A stretch of DNA of 57,914 bases from Akkermansiaceae bacterium (GCA_015062015.1 SUVM01000001.1:1-57914); one strand, 5' to 3'. Positions 1 to 9,212 are shown, counted from the first letter of the stretch. The notes: a model not told the origin generated them from the letters alone. Numbers and translations: made by a program.

Positions 1-168
1 AGGGATGAACTCAATGATTGCCCGCATCCAACTCAAAACCCGAGGACTACCTTCCGTTGATTATCTCCGCCTCAAACTCAGGCAGCTAACCTCCCCGTCA
101 TTTACGCGACTTTTTTGACGCAGTGCCTGTTTTTTTGAGTTACCGCTCTCGAAAAATTGATTTTTACC
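1..168 (+). mobile_element. Right end of a probable ISL3-family insertion sequence (transposase C-terminus 2..118 plus putative right terminus ending ...GATTTTTACC near 168)
   Basis: Frame 2 reads GMNSMIARIQLKTRGLPSVDYLRLKLRQLTSPSFTRLF*, resembling the ISL3 C-terminal pattern EG.N..I..IK...RG.....Y.RLKI. ISL3 ends are typically GG...CC. The left end lies outside the window, so the IR cannot be confirmed. Confidence 0.6.
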
Positions 169-218
169 GGGTTATAGACGCATGAGCCTGCACATTTGTT
201 CATGGATATGTCACTATA

Positions 219-256
219 AAAACTCCCCCCAACTTCAGGAAAGCAGGGGGGAGCTT
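219..256. terminator. Intrinsic terminator hairpin downstream of the 3D-domain gene
   Basis: CTCCCCCC (223-230) pairs with GGGGGGAG (246-253); A-run at 218-222 gives a U-tail on the minus strand. Confidence 0.6.
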
Positions 257-283
257 CATAAAATAGCCGGTTATGCTAAACCA

Positions 284-916
284 TTATCGCTTTTTAGCTG
301 TTTTTCTGTGGCTTTGCTGCTGTTGAAGAGACGCATACATCTTGCGGCAGTGGCTGTAGCCTTGTCTGTCCGACAATTTTTGCATGCTCAACTCGGCAGA
401 GCCCCATTGGATTACCTGAATTTCTACAATTCGGCGGCCCCACTTGTGCATAAGCTCGTGGGAGGGTTGGTAAATGTCGATGGTGCCGGTGTCTACCAAA
501 GCACTGCCGTAGTCATCCACCACATAAATGTAGGGCTGACCCTTAATTTTGAAACGCGTACCCAAGGGGTATACGGACCAGTCTGCGGCTGCACTCCTGA
601 CTTGGTCTGTATATTTAAGGGAGGTGCCAATGGCGTTGCGTGGGCCATAGGTAATGTGGTCGCTCTCTGTATGAGTGTAGGCCGTTGTGCGAACAACGCG
701 GTTTCTTTGGGACGGATGATAGAACGGCATACCATGCTTATCCCGGCCTAATTTGGGCAATTTGGGATTCGGCCTGGCTGAAGGAGAGGGGGCAGCAGGC
801 ATAACAAAGCCATTGCTTACTCCCCTTGTAGCAGCCTCTGCGCCCGGTGTGCAGAGCGAGACTGCTGCAAGCAGCGTAACGATGCTTGTAAAAAGTGTTT
901 TAGCTGTTTTCTTCAT
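284..916 (-). CDS. Secreted 3D (Asp-Asp-Asp) domain protein, putative peptidoglycan lytic transglycosylase-like
   Basis: Signal peptide; motifs VRTTAY, AAADWSVYPLGT, YVVDDYG, IDIY typical of 3D domains. Confidence 0.8.
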   Translation of the reverse strand: MKKTAKTLFTSIVTLLAAVSLCTPGAEAATRGVSNGFVMPAAPSPSARPNPKLPKLGRDKHGMPFYHPSQRNRVVRTTAYTHTESDHITYGPRNAIGTSLKYTDQVRSAAADWSVYPLGTRFKIKGQPYIYVVDDYGSALVDTGTIDIYQPSHELMHKWGRRIVEIQVIQWGSAELSMQKLSDRQGYSHCRKMYASLQQQQSHRKTAKKR

Positions 917-1156
917 TTTGTGATTGTAAATTTACGGCAATGCAGAGCATTGCTCCCGTTGAATGGGGGAGGAGATACAACACAGAAAGCGTATCACAAA
1001 CTGTTTTGTTTGGCAAGCACAATTTTTTACGGCAGCACTTGCTGTGGTATTGGGGGCTGCTGTTACCACAGTATATGGTATGCTGTTTGATGTTGGTGCG
1101 ACACTATTTTGTGTTGCATTCTTTCAGGAGAGAAATTTAAAATAAATTTTTGAATA

Positions 1157-2668
1157 TCAGAAATATTGTTCGGGGAAGGGGTGCATCGTCCATTTTTTAT
1201 ATCGACGTTTAAAATAGTCGAAAAGTGCCTTACTTTTGCCGGGTATTACTTGCTCTGCGTGGCTTAAGTAGTAGTCAACTTTTTTCGGGTCTGCGGGCAG
1301 GTCCGGAGCTCCTTCATCGAATATGAGCGCAAGGTAGATAAAGGCAAACGGGTCTTTACTCGTTGCGGCGTCCTCCAAATAATAAATGGCCTGAGACGAT
1401 TTTTGCTCGGTACCGATGCCTCGGAAATGAGCATAAGCCAGTAGCTCTTTTGCATGGGCATAGCCAGCCTTTGCTGCAAGTTGCAATCGCCCTAGCCCTT
1501 CTTGGGTGTTTTGCTGCGTTCCTTGTCCGCAAAGCTGCATAAAGCCTTGTGCCGTAACTAATGGGGGAGAGCCGCTTGCCTGTGCCCCGGTAGATGCGTG
1601 GCGATAGGATTTGCATATATCGGCAGGTATGCCGTGCTGCCCGTGGTAATAGATTTGAGCCAAGTCTGCTGCGGCTTCGGGTACGCCCAGCAAGGCCGCA
1701 ATTTTAAGGAAGAGGATGCCGTCTCGGATGTTGCGAACACTGCCTACATTAAGCTCCAGAGAGATGGGCGGGTCTATATAATAGCGTGCCATAGCGTGTA
1801 TGGCATACGGGTTGTGGAGCTGTACGGCTTGTGTAAGTTGTTTGTAGCTTTTGGCTATGTCACTCTTTTGGTGTAAAAGGTGGCATTCGTAGAGTGCGGC
1901 ATCGCTCCCCATTTTTGCGGCCATATCCAGCGTTTGAAGCATAAGTGCTTCAGATGGTGCCAGCAGAGCCATGTGGTGAAGGATGTAGTGGTTGCCGCGT
2001 TTGATTTCCGACATGACTTCCGGGAGTTTGAGGTCTTCAAACTTTTCTAATCGGCCGTTGTTGAGCAGCCAGTGAAACCGAATACGGAAATTGCCGCCGG
2101 CGCATGCGGCTATCAGCTCTTTGTCTGCGGCGGCTTCGTTGGCCGGGAACCCGATGCCTTCTCTCAGGCAGTTGCTGTACTCCAGCATAGCCGGAGCGTA
2201 TTTTTTTTCTGCTGCCTTTTTGATAAGGATGACGGCTTGGCGTGCTTCTTGGCTCTCTGCATTGTTTTTCGGGAGGGATAAGAGGGCTTTTTTGCCCAGA
2301 TAAAGCAGTGCTACGGGGTTTCCTTCGTCACCGGCGCGCTGCATCCAGAGGTCTATGCAAAACTCATCGTCGGTTGTTTGTAAAATAGTCAGAAGCGGTG
2401 TGACGATACTGAATCCGTTGGCCTTGGCAATTTGCTCCAGCTGAGAGAAGAAGGTGCGGTATGCTTCCTCGTGGTGTTGCGGCGCGTGCGGGTCTGCCGG
2501 TAGTTTAGGGGCAGGCGGCGGCGTATGGGTTTTAGTTTTTTTAGCCGGGGCTTTTTTGTGCCCGGAGGTTTTGGTACTGCTGTTTTTTTTGCGCGGAGCA
2601 GCTTCTGTAATGGGGGCGCAGATAAGGAAGGCCGCTGTAAGGGCTGCCGGTATGGAGTAGAGGTTCAT
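1157..2668 (-). CDS. Secreted Sel1-like (SLR/TPR) repeat protein
   Basis: Signal peptide, Lys/Pro-rich linker, repeated A...LA..Y..G..G...D...A..Y...AA units. Confidence 0.8.
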   Translation of the reverse strand: MNLYSIPAALTAAFLICAPITEAAPRKKNSSTKTSGHKKAPAKKTKTHTPPPAPKLPADPHAPQHHEEAYRTFFSQLEQIAKANGFSIVTPLLTILQTTDDEFCIDLWMQRAGDEGNPVALLYLGKKALLSLPKNNAESQEARQAVILIKKAAEKKYAPAMLEYSNCLREGIGFPANEAAADKELIAACAGGNFRIRFHWLLNNGRLEKFEDLKLPEVMSEIKRGNHYILHHMALLAPSEALMLQTLDMAAKMGSDAALYECHLLHQKSDIAKSYKQLTQAVQLHNPYAIHAMARYYIDPPISLELNVGSVRNIRDGILFLKIAALLGVPEAAADLAQIYYHGQHGIPADICKSYRHASTGAQASGSPPLVTAQGFMQLCGQGTQQNTQEGLGRLQLAAKAGYAHAKELLAYAHFRGIGTEQKSSQAIYYLEDAATSKDPFAFIYLALIFDEGAPDLPADPKKVDYYLSHAEQVIPGKSKALFDYFKRRYKKWTMHPFPEQYF

Positions 2669-2686
2669 ACTGGGTAAAGGGTGGGG

Positions 2687-4138
2687 TTATGGGGTGGTTG
2701 GTGGGAGTTCGGAAAAATCAAACGGGTTGAGCTGCCAGCCTTTGCCGGAGTTTTTGTGGAAGTTGTATAACTCTTGCCCGTAGGTGCCCAAGCTGCGTAT
2801 CCCGTGCTCTAAGTAATAGGCCGCTTTTTGTTTGCCCGGGGCAAAGTCTGCTGCTCCTTCTTCGTGCATAAGAGATAAAAAGATAAAGCAAACGCTGTTA
2901 CCGTAGGTGGCCAAATTTTCCAGATAATCGCGCGCGGTTTTGGTATCTTGTGCAATGCCGCCTACACCTCTGTATAAAACATAGGCATGTATCACGCGAG
3001 CGATGGCATCATTTTGCCGGGATGCTTTAGAGATTTCCTCAAATCCTTGTTGGGGATTGGCTTGTACCCCTTTGCCGCTTAAAAGCATGTACCCTTTGGC
3101 TGCGCGTATGGCGGCATCTGCCGGGCGCAGTTGCTGTGCTGTTTCCAAATGTTGATATGCTTTGTGGTCATTTTGTTCTGCACCGCAGAGCCCGTGGTAA
3201 TACATGGCTGCTAAGCTGTAGTGTGCCCGCAAATCGCCAAGCATGGATGCAAGCCGGAACAGTTTTAGGGCAGTCTCTTCGTGTCTGCCCGTTTGCAATG
3301 CGGTTTCCATTGCCGGTTGCGGGGCATAATAATGGTGCGCTAAGGCAGAAAGAGCCATGGGGTTATGCCGCTCTGCAGATTGGAGCAGAAATTGGGCGGC
3401 GGCTTTAGTATCTGCAGCCCGCAGCAAGGTAAACAAATTGTACATGGCTTTGTCGTTCCCCATGTGGGCAGCTTGCAGTATCATGTCTGCCGCGGCTTCC
3501 GAGCTTGTGCATTTGTTGTTTAAATTAAAGAGAATATCGTGGTTGCCGCGCTGTATTTCGCTTTGTACTTCTTTGCGTTGCAAGTCCTCTATGGTGCTGA
3601 GCTTTTTGTTTTCGCTCAGCCAATAGAAACGCGCCTCGAAATTGCCGCTTTTGCATGCGTTGACAATCATGTTTTGACCGAGTTGCGGATTCCTTTGTAC
3701 CCCGATTCCGTGTATCAAAAATGTAGCGTAGTCGAGCATGGCCGGCACAAAGTTTTTATCCGCCGATTTTTTACAAAGAGCCACACCTTTACGCACATGC
3801 GCAGCTTGTTTTTGCTGCGGCAGAACGTTGCCTATCATCTGTATGCCTTGGTACCAAAGGGCAACCGGTTCTCCCTCTGCTGCGGCGCGTGCCATCCATG
3901 CATCTAAACAAAACTCATCGTTGGTGGCATTGAGGGCAATGAGGGCTGCGGGGGCCATATCCCGAGTTTGGGCATCTGCCTGTTGCTTAAGAGCTTGGCA
4001 GAATTGGCGATACGCTTCTTCGTGCTGTGCAGGGGCAGAGCTTGCTGTGGTGCCCGGAGCAGCCTCGGTTGCGTAACCGGTGCTAAGGTTGCCAAGGATG
4101 ATGGTGAAAATAAGAGGAGCGAAAAGTCGCGGCTTCAT
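2687..4138 (-). CDS. Secreted Sel1-like repeat protein, paralog of 1157..2668
   Basis: Signal peptide; Sel1 repeats (LAAMYYHGLCGAEQND, GYMLLSGKGVQANPQQG); shares HEEAYR, DEFC.D.WM.RA and EI.RGNH with its neighbour. Confidence 0.8.
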   Translation of the reverse strand: MKPRLFAPLIFTIILGNLSTGYATEAAPGTTASSAPAQHEEAYRQFCQALKQQADAQTRDMAPAALIALNATNDEFCLDAWMARAAAEGEPVALWYQGIQMIGNVLPQQKQAAHVRKGVALCKKSADKNFVPAMLDYATFLIHGIGVQRNPQLGQNMIVNACKSGNFEARFYWLSENKKLSTIEDLQRKEVQSEIQRGNHDILFNLNNKCTSSEAAADMILQAAHMGNDKAMYNLFTLLRAADTKAAAQFLLQSAERHNPMALSALAHHYYAPQPAMETALQTGRHEETALKLFRLASMLGDLRAHYSLAAMYYHGLCGAEQNDHKAYQHLETAQQLRPADAAIRAAKGYMLLSGKGVQANPQQGFEEISKASRQNDAIARVIHAYVLYRGVGGIAQDTKTARDYLENLATYGNSVCFIFLSLMHEEGAADFAPGKQKAAYYLEHGIRSLGTYGQELYNFHKNSGKGWQLNPFDFSELPPTTP

Positions 4139-4230
4139 ATTGTTGTACAGATGCGTTTATGCGATTTTATGTGCTAACTTTTCGTCTTGCAAGTCAAAAT
4201 CGCGTCTTTGTGCTTTTCGTTGGTTGGTGG

Positions 4231-5328
4231 TCACAGCAAACCCGTGGCAATTTCGTCTGCTACGAGTCTGCCTTGTAGGGTAAGAACCAGGTTGCCTTGT
4301 GGTGTGAGCGCGGCAAGTCCCTCTCTTTCCAACATGCAGATGAAATCCTGATTGCGCGGTAAGAGGAGTTCTTTCGGCACGCCTTCATCCATGCGGATGC
4401 GTAGCCCCAGCAATTCTGTTCTTCGGGCTTCTTGCGGCAGCGTTTCACGTTCTGCTTCAGAGAGTTTGCCGTTGGCTAAATCGAGAATGTAGTTTGTTGT
4501 GTTTTCCGTGTTGCGGTAGCGTAACATGCCGATGGTGCCACAGGCCCCGGGCCCGAGCCCGTAATAATCTTCTCCGCACCAGCAGGCACGGTTGTGTAAG
4601 GAGATGGCACCGTTTTTGGCGTAGTTGGATATTTCGTAATGCCGGTATCCGGCTGCTTGCAGCAGATGGTCTGCCATGGTAAACATGGCTATGTCTGTTT
4701 CTTCATCTCCGGCATTCGCCCCATATTGCCGGTAAAACTCGGTATCTTCTTCGTAGCTTAGGTTATAGGTGGAAATATGGTTGGGCTCCAGTGCAAGGGC
4801 TTCTTCCAATGTATGTTGCCACTGGGGCAGTGTTTGCCCCGGCAAAGAGAACATGAGGTCCAGGTTAATTTGCGGCATGCCGGCTTGCCGCAGCATGGCC
4901 ACACTTTGCTGTATTTGCTTCGGGCTGTGTTCTCTCCCCAGTAGTTGCAAGAGCTCCGGCTCAAAACTTTGGCAACCGAGCGATACGCGCGTTATGCCCA
5001 CATCCACCCATTGTTCCACTTTTTTGGGGGTAAAGGTGGCCGGGTTTGTTTCGAAACTCCATTCCTGCACCCGGCTCAAATCCAGCCATTCTTTTAAGCC
5101 ATCTGTCAGGGTGCGAAGGTGGGTAACCGAGAGCATGCTGGGCGTACCCCCGCCAAAGTAGATGGTGCGCGGCTGTGCACCGTAGGGAATGCGCAGCTTT
5201 GCCTCTGCCAAAACTCCGGCAATGTAGCCTCTTAAATCTATATTGCCCAGCCTGTGTTTGTAGAATGCGCAGTACGGGCATATCTTGTTACAGAATGGCA
5301 CATGGATATACAAATGCATGGCCGGCAA
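4231..5328 (-). CDS. hemW: Radical SAM heme chaperone HemW (HemN-like); start may be 5319
   Basis: LYIHVPFCNKICPYC (CxxxCxxC), YFGGGTPS, HYEISNY. Confidence 0.85.
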   Translation of the reverse strand: MPAMHLYIHVPFCNKICPYCAFYKHRLGNIDLRGYIAGVLAEAKLRIPYGAQPRTIYFGGGTPSMLSVTHLRTLTDGLKEWLDLSRVQEWSFETNPATFTPKKVEQWVDVGITRVSLGCQSFEPELLQLLGREHSPKQIQQSVAMLRQAGMPQINLDLMFSLPGQTLPQWQHTLEEALALEPNHISTYNLSYEEDTEFYRQYGANAGDEETDIAMFTMADHLLQAAGYRHYEISNYAKNGAISLHNRACWCGEDYYGLGPGACGTIGMLRYRNTENTTNYILDLANGKLSEAERETLPQEARRTELLGLRIRMDEGVPKELLLPRNQDFICMLEREGLAALTPQGNLVLTLQGRLVADEIATGLL

Positions 5329-5343
5329 TGGTGGGGAGTTTGT

Positions 5344-5375
5344 AAAAATCGGGAGCCGGTGGTATGCCGGCTCCC
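5344..5375 (-). terminator. Intrinsic terminator after nagB
   Basis: GGGAGCCGG (5351-5359)/CCGGCTCCC (5367-5375) stem followed by GATTTTT on the minus strand. Confidence 0.7.
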
Positions 5376-5413
5376 ATGTCTATTAGCAAGATTGTGGTTA
5401 GTTTGAGTAGGCT

Positions 5414-6157
5414 TTACAGCTCGGAGCCTGCGGCGGCATCCAGGAAGTATTTGGCATCCGGGTGCTTTTGCAGGTAGGAGGCTGCTACATCTGCCGTAAT
5501 CGGGCCGTTGATGGCTTTGTTGACGATGGAGGCCTTCTTCTCACCCCATGCCATCAGGCGTACCTTTTTGGCATCCATAATGGTGGCAACACCCATGGTG
5601 ATGGCATAGCTGGGTACGTTCTCGAACCCACCGAATGCAGGTGCGGCATCCGTCTTGGTAAGGTCATCCAAGTGTACTTGGCGGGTGCGGGTCGTGTCAT
5701 CAGAGCCGGGCTCGTTGAACCCGATGTGGCCGGTGCGGCCAATGCCCAGAATCTGCAGATCCAGACCACCGCAAGCTTTAATCTTGTCCTCGTAGGCTTG
5801 GCAGTGAGCCGCGATATCTTCCTCTGCTACCGTGCCGCTGGGCAGGTTAATGTTTTCTGCCGGAATATCGATGTGGTTGAACAGGTTGGTGTGCATGAAG
5901 TACCAGTAAGATTCTACATGCTCACGGGGCAGTCCGTAGTATTCATCGAGGTTGAAGGTGGTCACATTCTTGAAAGAAAGACCCTCTTCTTTGTGCAGGC
6001 GGATAAGCTCTGCATAGAAGCCCAGAGGAGAAGCCCCCGTGGCTAAGCCGAGCACAACGTTTTTGCCTTCGGCCTGGCGGCTGCGAATGAGCTCTGCTAC
6101 TTCAGCTGCCAGTTGCTTGACAGCTTCCTGCTGTGTTGCGAAAACTTCGTAGGTCAT
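5414..6157 (-). CDS. nagB: Glucosamine-6-phosphate deaminase
   Basis: VLGLATGASP, TFNLDEYYGL, LGIGRTGHIGFNEPGS, AITMG. Confidence 0.95.
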   Translation of the reverse strand: MTYEVFATQQEAVKQLAAEVAELIRSRQAEGKNVVLGLATGASPLGFYAELIRLHKEEGLSFKNVTTFNLDEYYGLPREHVESYWYFMHTNLFNHIDIPAENINLPSGTVAEEDIAAHCQAYEDKIKACGGLDLQILGIGRTGHIGFNEPGSDDTTRTRQVHLDDLTKTDAAPAFGGFENVPSYAITMGVATIMDAKKVRLMAWGEKKASIVNKAINGPITADVAASYLQKHPDAKYFLDAAAGSEL

Positions 6158-6243
6158 GGTGCCCTTATTCTATACTATTGCTCGCCAAAAGCAACTCTAA
6201 AATGAAAAAAATACCAAAAAAACGGATAAAATCAAAAAAATGC

Positions 6244-6272
6244 TTGACTGAGGTTTTTAAAAGTGCTAACAT
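6244..6272 (+). promoter_or_regulatory. sigma70-type promoter of the tRNA operon
   Basis: TTGACT-17 nt-TAACAT with extended TG and upstream A-tracts. Confidence 0.7.
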
Positions 6273-6291
6273 CTCGCCGCACACAGCACCT

Positions 6292-6363
6292 GCCGCTGTA
6301 GCTCAGGGGTAGAGCAACGCATTCGTAATGCGTGGGTCGTCAGTTCAAATCTGACCAGCGGCT
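6292..6363 (+). tRNA. tRNA-Thr(CGT), CCA not encoded
   Basis: Acceptor GCCGCTG/CAGCGGC, anticodon arm ACGCA-TTCGTAA-TGCGT, T-loop GTTCAAAT. Confidence 0.95.
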
Positions 6364-6405
6364 GCCTCTGCGGTGGTTTCAGGTGTTCGTGCTTTCAGGC
6401 ATAGT

Positions 6406-6481
6406 GCCTCCTTAGCTCAGTCGGTAGAGCAGCTGACTCTTAATCAGTTTGTCCGCGGTTCGAGCCCGCGAGGGGGTACCA
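6406..6481 (+). tRNA. tRNA-Lys(CTT), CCA encoded
   Basis: GCCTCCT...; anticodon loop CTCTTAA; GGTTCGAGCC; ends ACCA. Confidence 0.95.
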
Positions 6482-6513
6482 GCCTGAGAGCTCCTGTGTT
6501 GCGTCCGGCAAAT

Positions 6514-6586
6514 GCCTCCTTAGCTCAGTCGGTAGAGCAGCTGACTCTTAATCAGTTTGTCCGCGGTTCGAGCCCGCGAGGGGGTA
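6514..6586 (+). tRNA. tRNA-Lys(CTT), second identical copy, CCA not encoded
   Basis: 73 nt identical to 6406..6478, followed by CGT. Confidence 0.95.
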
Positions 6587-6590
6587 CGTT

Positions 6591-6627
6591 AAAAAAAGGG
6601 TGATTCCTACATGGAGTCACCTTTTTT
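6591..6627. terminator. Bidirectional intrinsic terminator after the tRNA operon
   Basis: A7-GGGTGATTCC-TACAT-GGAGTCACC-T6. Confidence 0.8.
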
Positions 6628-6665
6628 GTTTGGAACTGTAACCTAAGGTGTGCCGTACAACAAGA

Positions 6666-6696
6666 ACGCCTGCAATGTGTAAAACACTGCAGGCGT
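6666..6696 (-). terminator. Hairpin downstream of the HU gene
   Basis: ACGCCTGCA/TGCAGGCGT stem. Confidence 0.55.
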
Positions 6697-6719
6697 ATCT
6701 AAGAAGAACGGAAGGTAAT

Positions 6720-7022
6720 TTATTTAACTTTGGCAGCAGCCTCCTTGAGGGTCTTACCAACCTTGAACTTCACAACGGAACGGGCAGGAATGGGTACGTC
6801 CTTACCGGGGTTTTTGGGGTTACGGCCGATTTTGGGCTTAACCTCTTTTACAGTGAAGGTGCCGAAGTTGCGAAGAACAACGCGGTCTCCATTGCCCAGA
6901 GCCTCGGTGATCAAGTCAACCGCCTTCTGGATTACTTCAAGTACATCATTCTGCGTGAGGTCGCTGTTCATCTCTGCGCAGATCTTATTAACAAGCTCTC
7001 TTTTTGTGATTGTATTAGCCAT
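6720..7022 (-). CDS. HU/IHF family DNA-binding protein
   Basis: TKRELV, LRNFGTF, GRNPKNPG, VVKFKVGKTLK. Confidence 0.93.
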   Translation of the reverse strand: MANTITKRELVNKICAEMNSDLTQNDVLEVIQKAVDLITEALGNGDRVVLRNFGTFTVKEVKPKIGRNPKNPGKDVPIPARSVVKFKVGKTLKEAAAKVK

Positions 7023-7204
7023 ATGTTGATTCGCTTGGTGTTAAGAAGCTGGCGAGATTGTAGCGTATTTTTTTCTCTTTGGCACGCAAAAAAAGCAACT
7101 TATGCCAATTTTTTTGTGTCAACACCCCTATTTTTGAGCTGATAACCGATTTTTTTTCATTTTGTGATTGACGAAACCGCCCTTTGCCCCCATTTTATAG
7201 TCAC

Positions 7205-8119
7205 ATGGCATCTCAATATTCAATAGAACTCAGCGCGGCAGATGCGGCAGCTCTTCATAAAAAGTTGGCAGCGCGTGCCGGTTACGAGCCCGTAGCGAAA
7301 GAGTATACGGACTTCAGTTATGTGGGGCCCAAGGTGAATGTGTCTTATTACCCTAAGCGTAAGAAGTTGTTGGTGCAGGGAAGCGGTGCGGATGAATTTT
7401 TGGAGTTTGTGTTATTGCTCAATCCGGCCTCGGGCAGCTCTGCTGCATCTCTTCAAAAGGCTTTAGTGGACCGCACTCCTCATTTTGGGGTGGATGAAAG
7501 TGGCAAGGGAGACTATTTTGGGCCTCTGGTAATAGCCGGTGTTTATTCGGATGAACAAACGGCCGATGCCTTGTTGAAGCTGGGTTGCAAAGACAGCAAA
7601 GCGATTCCCGATGATTCCAAAATAGCAGCCATTGCTGCTAAAATTACAAAAGTGCCCGGTATTGCCTACGAAGTAGTGTGCATAGGCCCGAAGCGCTACA
7701 ATGAATTGTATACGGAATTCGGTAATCTTAACAGACTGTTGGCTTGGGGGCATGCCCGCGTTATTGCGGCTTTGCATGAAAAAGTGCCGTCTTGCACGCG
7801 TGCCCTGAGCGATCAGTTTGCCAACGAGTGGGTATTAAAAACAGCATTAGGCAAGCGGCGTGTACCCGTGCAATTAGAACAGCGCACTAAGGCCGAGAGC
7901 GACGTTGCCGTGGCTGCGGCTTCTATATTGGCGCGCGCCCGCTTTGTGAAGTGGATGCTGGACACCGCAAGTGCCTCCGGTTGCAATATGCCCTTGGGCT
8001 GCGCCGCTCATGTGGTAAAAGCCGCACAAGCGTTTGTGCATCAACATGGCGCAGAGCGCTTACCGGATGTGGCAAAAATGCATTTTAAAACAACGGCAAA
8101 GGTTTTACCTCTTGTTTGA
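7205..8119 (+). CDS. rnhC: Ribonuclease HIII
   Basis: N-terminal TBP-like domain (KLLVQG), GVDESGKGDYFGPL, DSK, VAVAAASILAR; ATG at 7205 chosen over TTG at 7184. Confidence 0.92.
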   Translation: MASQYSIELSAADAAALHKKLAARAGYEPVAKEYTDFSYVGPKVNVSYYPKRKKLLVQGSGADEFLEFVLLLNPASGSSAASLQKALVDRTPHFGVDESGKGDYFGPLVIAGVYSDEQTADALLKLGCKDSKAIPDDSKIAAIAAKITKVPGIAYEVVCIGPKRYNELYTEFGNLNRLLAWGHARVIAALHEKVPSCTRALSDQFANEWVLKTALGKRRVPVQLEQRTKAESDVAVAAASILARARFVKWMLDTASASGCNMPLGCAAHVVKAAQAFVHQHGAERLPDVAKMHFKTTAKVLPLV

Positions 8120-8162
8120 GGTAAAACCTTTGAAAAAGAGTTCTGCGGCACGCGCGGGTTCT

Positions 8163-9212
8163 TCAGGTAGTCGGCAGCGGTTGTTGCTGGGTAATGCAAT
8201 GGATGGCACCACCTTCTAATACCAAACGTCGAGCGTCGAATCCTATGACTTGCTTACCCGCAAAACATTCTCGCAAGATGCCCAATGCCCGGTCATCCGC
8301 CTTGGGCTGATTAAAGATGGGAACAATTACTGCATCGTTACATATCAGGAAGTTAGCATAGCTGGCGGGCAGTTGTTCCAAACGCCAGTCTTTGGCAACC
8401 AGCGGTGCAGGCATTGGTAGGGCAACTACCTCTACCTTGTGGCCGTCTATGGTTCTTAAATCCTGTAGCTTTTCATTGTTCTCCGCTAAATTGCGGTAAT
8501 GGGGCGAGCGCGCATCCGGCTCGGTGATAGAGACAACGGCATCTCGAGACACAAAGCGCACCATATCATCAATATGACCGTCTGTGTCGTCTCCTTCAAT
8601 ACCGGCTCCCAACCAAAAGACTTGCTTGGTGCCCATCATGCGTTGCAGCTCGGCCTCAATCTCAGATTTTGTGATGCCGGGGTTGCGGTTAGAGTTTAAT
8701 AATACAGCCTCTGTGGTTAACACTAACCCTTCGCCATTGCCTTCTATGGCCCCGCCTTCCAAAATGATGTTGCTGCTCAGCCGTGGTAACGCGAGCGATT
8801 CCGCCATTTTGGCGGGTATCATGTTATCGAGATTCCATGGGGCAAATTTACCCCCCCACGCATTGAATGTCCAGTCGGCAATTTGCAATTGTCCGTCCGT
8901 ACGCGCTACGAATATGCCGCCGTGGTCTCGGCACCACACATCGTTTGTGCTGTGGTTGTAGAGTGCATAGTTGCGTACATCTCTTGCTGTCAGCAGTTGG
9001 CTTATACCATCGTGCAGCTTTTCTTCGGCGTTAATCCTTACTTGGGCATGTGGTGCTATCAGGGCTGCAAGGTCGGCATAGTGGCCGGTAAGCTCTTCCA
9101 GCCCCCCTTGCCATAAGTCTGCCCGGTGTGGCCAAGAAATCCACACCGCTTCCTGCCGTTCCCATTCTGCAGGCCATCGCAACGCTTTTCCTTGCAAAAC
9201 GTCTGTTGTCAT
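8163..9212 (-). CDS. Agmatine/peptidyl-arginine deiminase family protein
   Basis: PAEWE, WCRDHG, LEGGAIEGNGEG, DDTDGHIDD, GGAIHCITQQ. Confidence 0.92.
   Translation of the reverse strand: MTTDVLQGKALRWPAEWERQEAVWISWPHRADLWQGGLEELTGHYADLAALIAPHAQVRINAEEKLHDGISQLLTARDVRNYALYNHSTNDVWCRDHGGIFVARTDGQLQIADWTFNAWGGKFAPWNLDNMIPAKMAESLALPRLSSNIILEGGAIEGNGEGLVLTTEAVLLNSNRNPGITKSEIEAELQRMMGTKQVFWLGAGIEGDDTDGHIDDMVRFVSRDAVVSITEPDARSPHYRNLAENNEKLQDLRTIDGHKVEVVALPMPAPLVAKDWRLEQLPASYANFLICNDAVIVPIFNQPKADDRALGILRECFAGKQVIGFDARRLVLEGGAIHCITQQQPLPTT

Noticed and set aside
917-1156. c-di-AMP (ydaO) riboswitch upstream of the 3D gene; ORFs 940..1140 and 963..1145
   Set aside because: The conserved ydaO elements (GCTGAATCC, GGGGAACC, GGGGTGAA) are not visible. 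The short ORFs have no recognisable features and overlap the promoter region.
6406-6586. CRISPR-like direct repeats
   Set aside because: There are only two copies and both are tRNAs; no repeat-spacer array or cas gene is seen anywhere in the window.
6373-6603. 76-aa ORF with an internal repeat
   Set aside because: It is a translation of the duplicated tRNA-Lys genes.
7078-7112. sigma54-like TGGCA motifs near the HU gene
   Set aside because: GG-to-GC spacing is 12 nt on one strand and 8 nt on the other, not the required 10.
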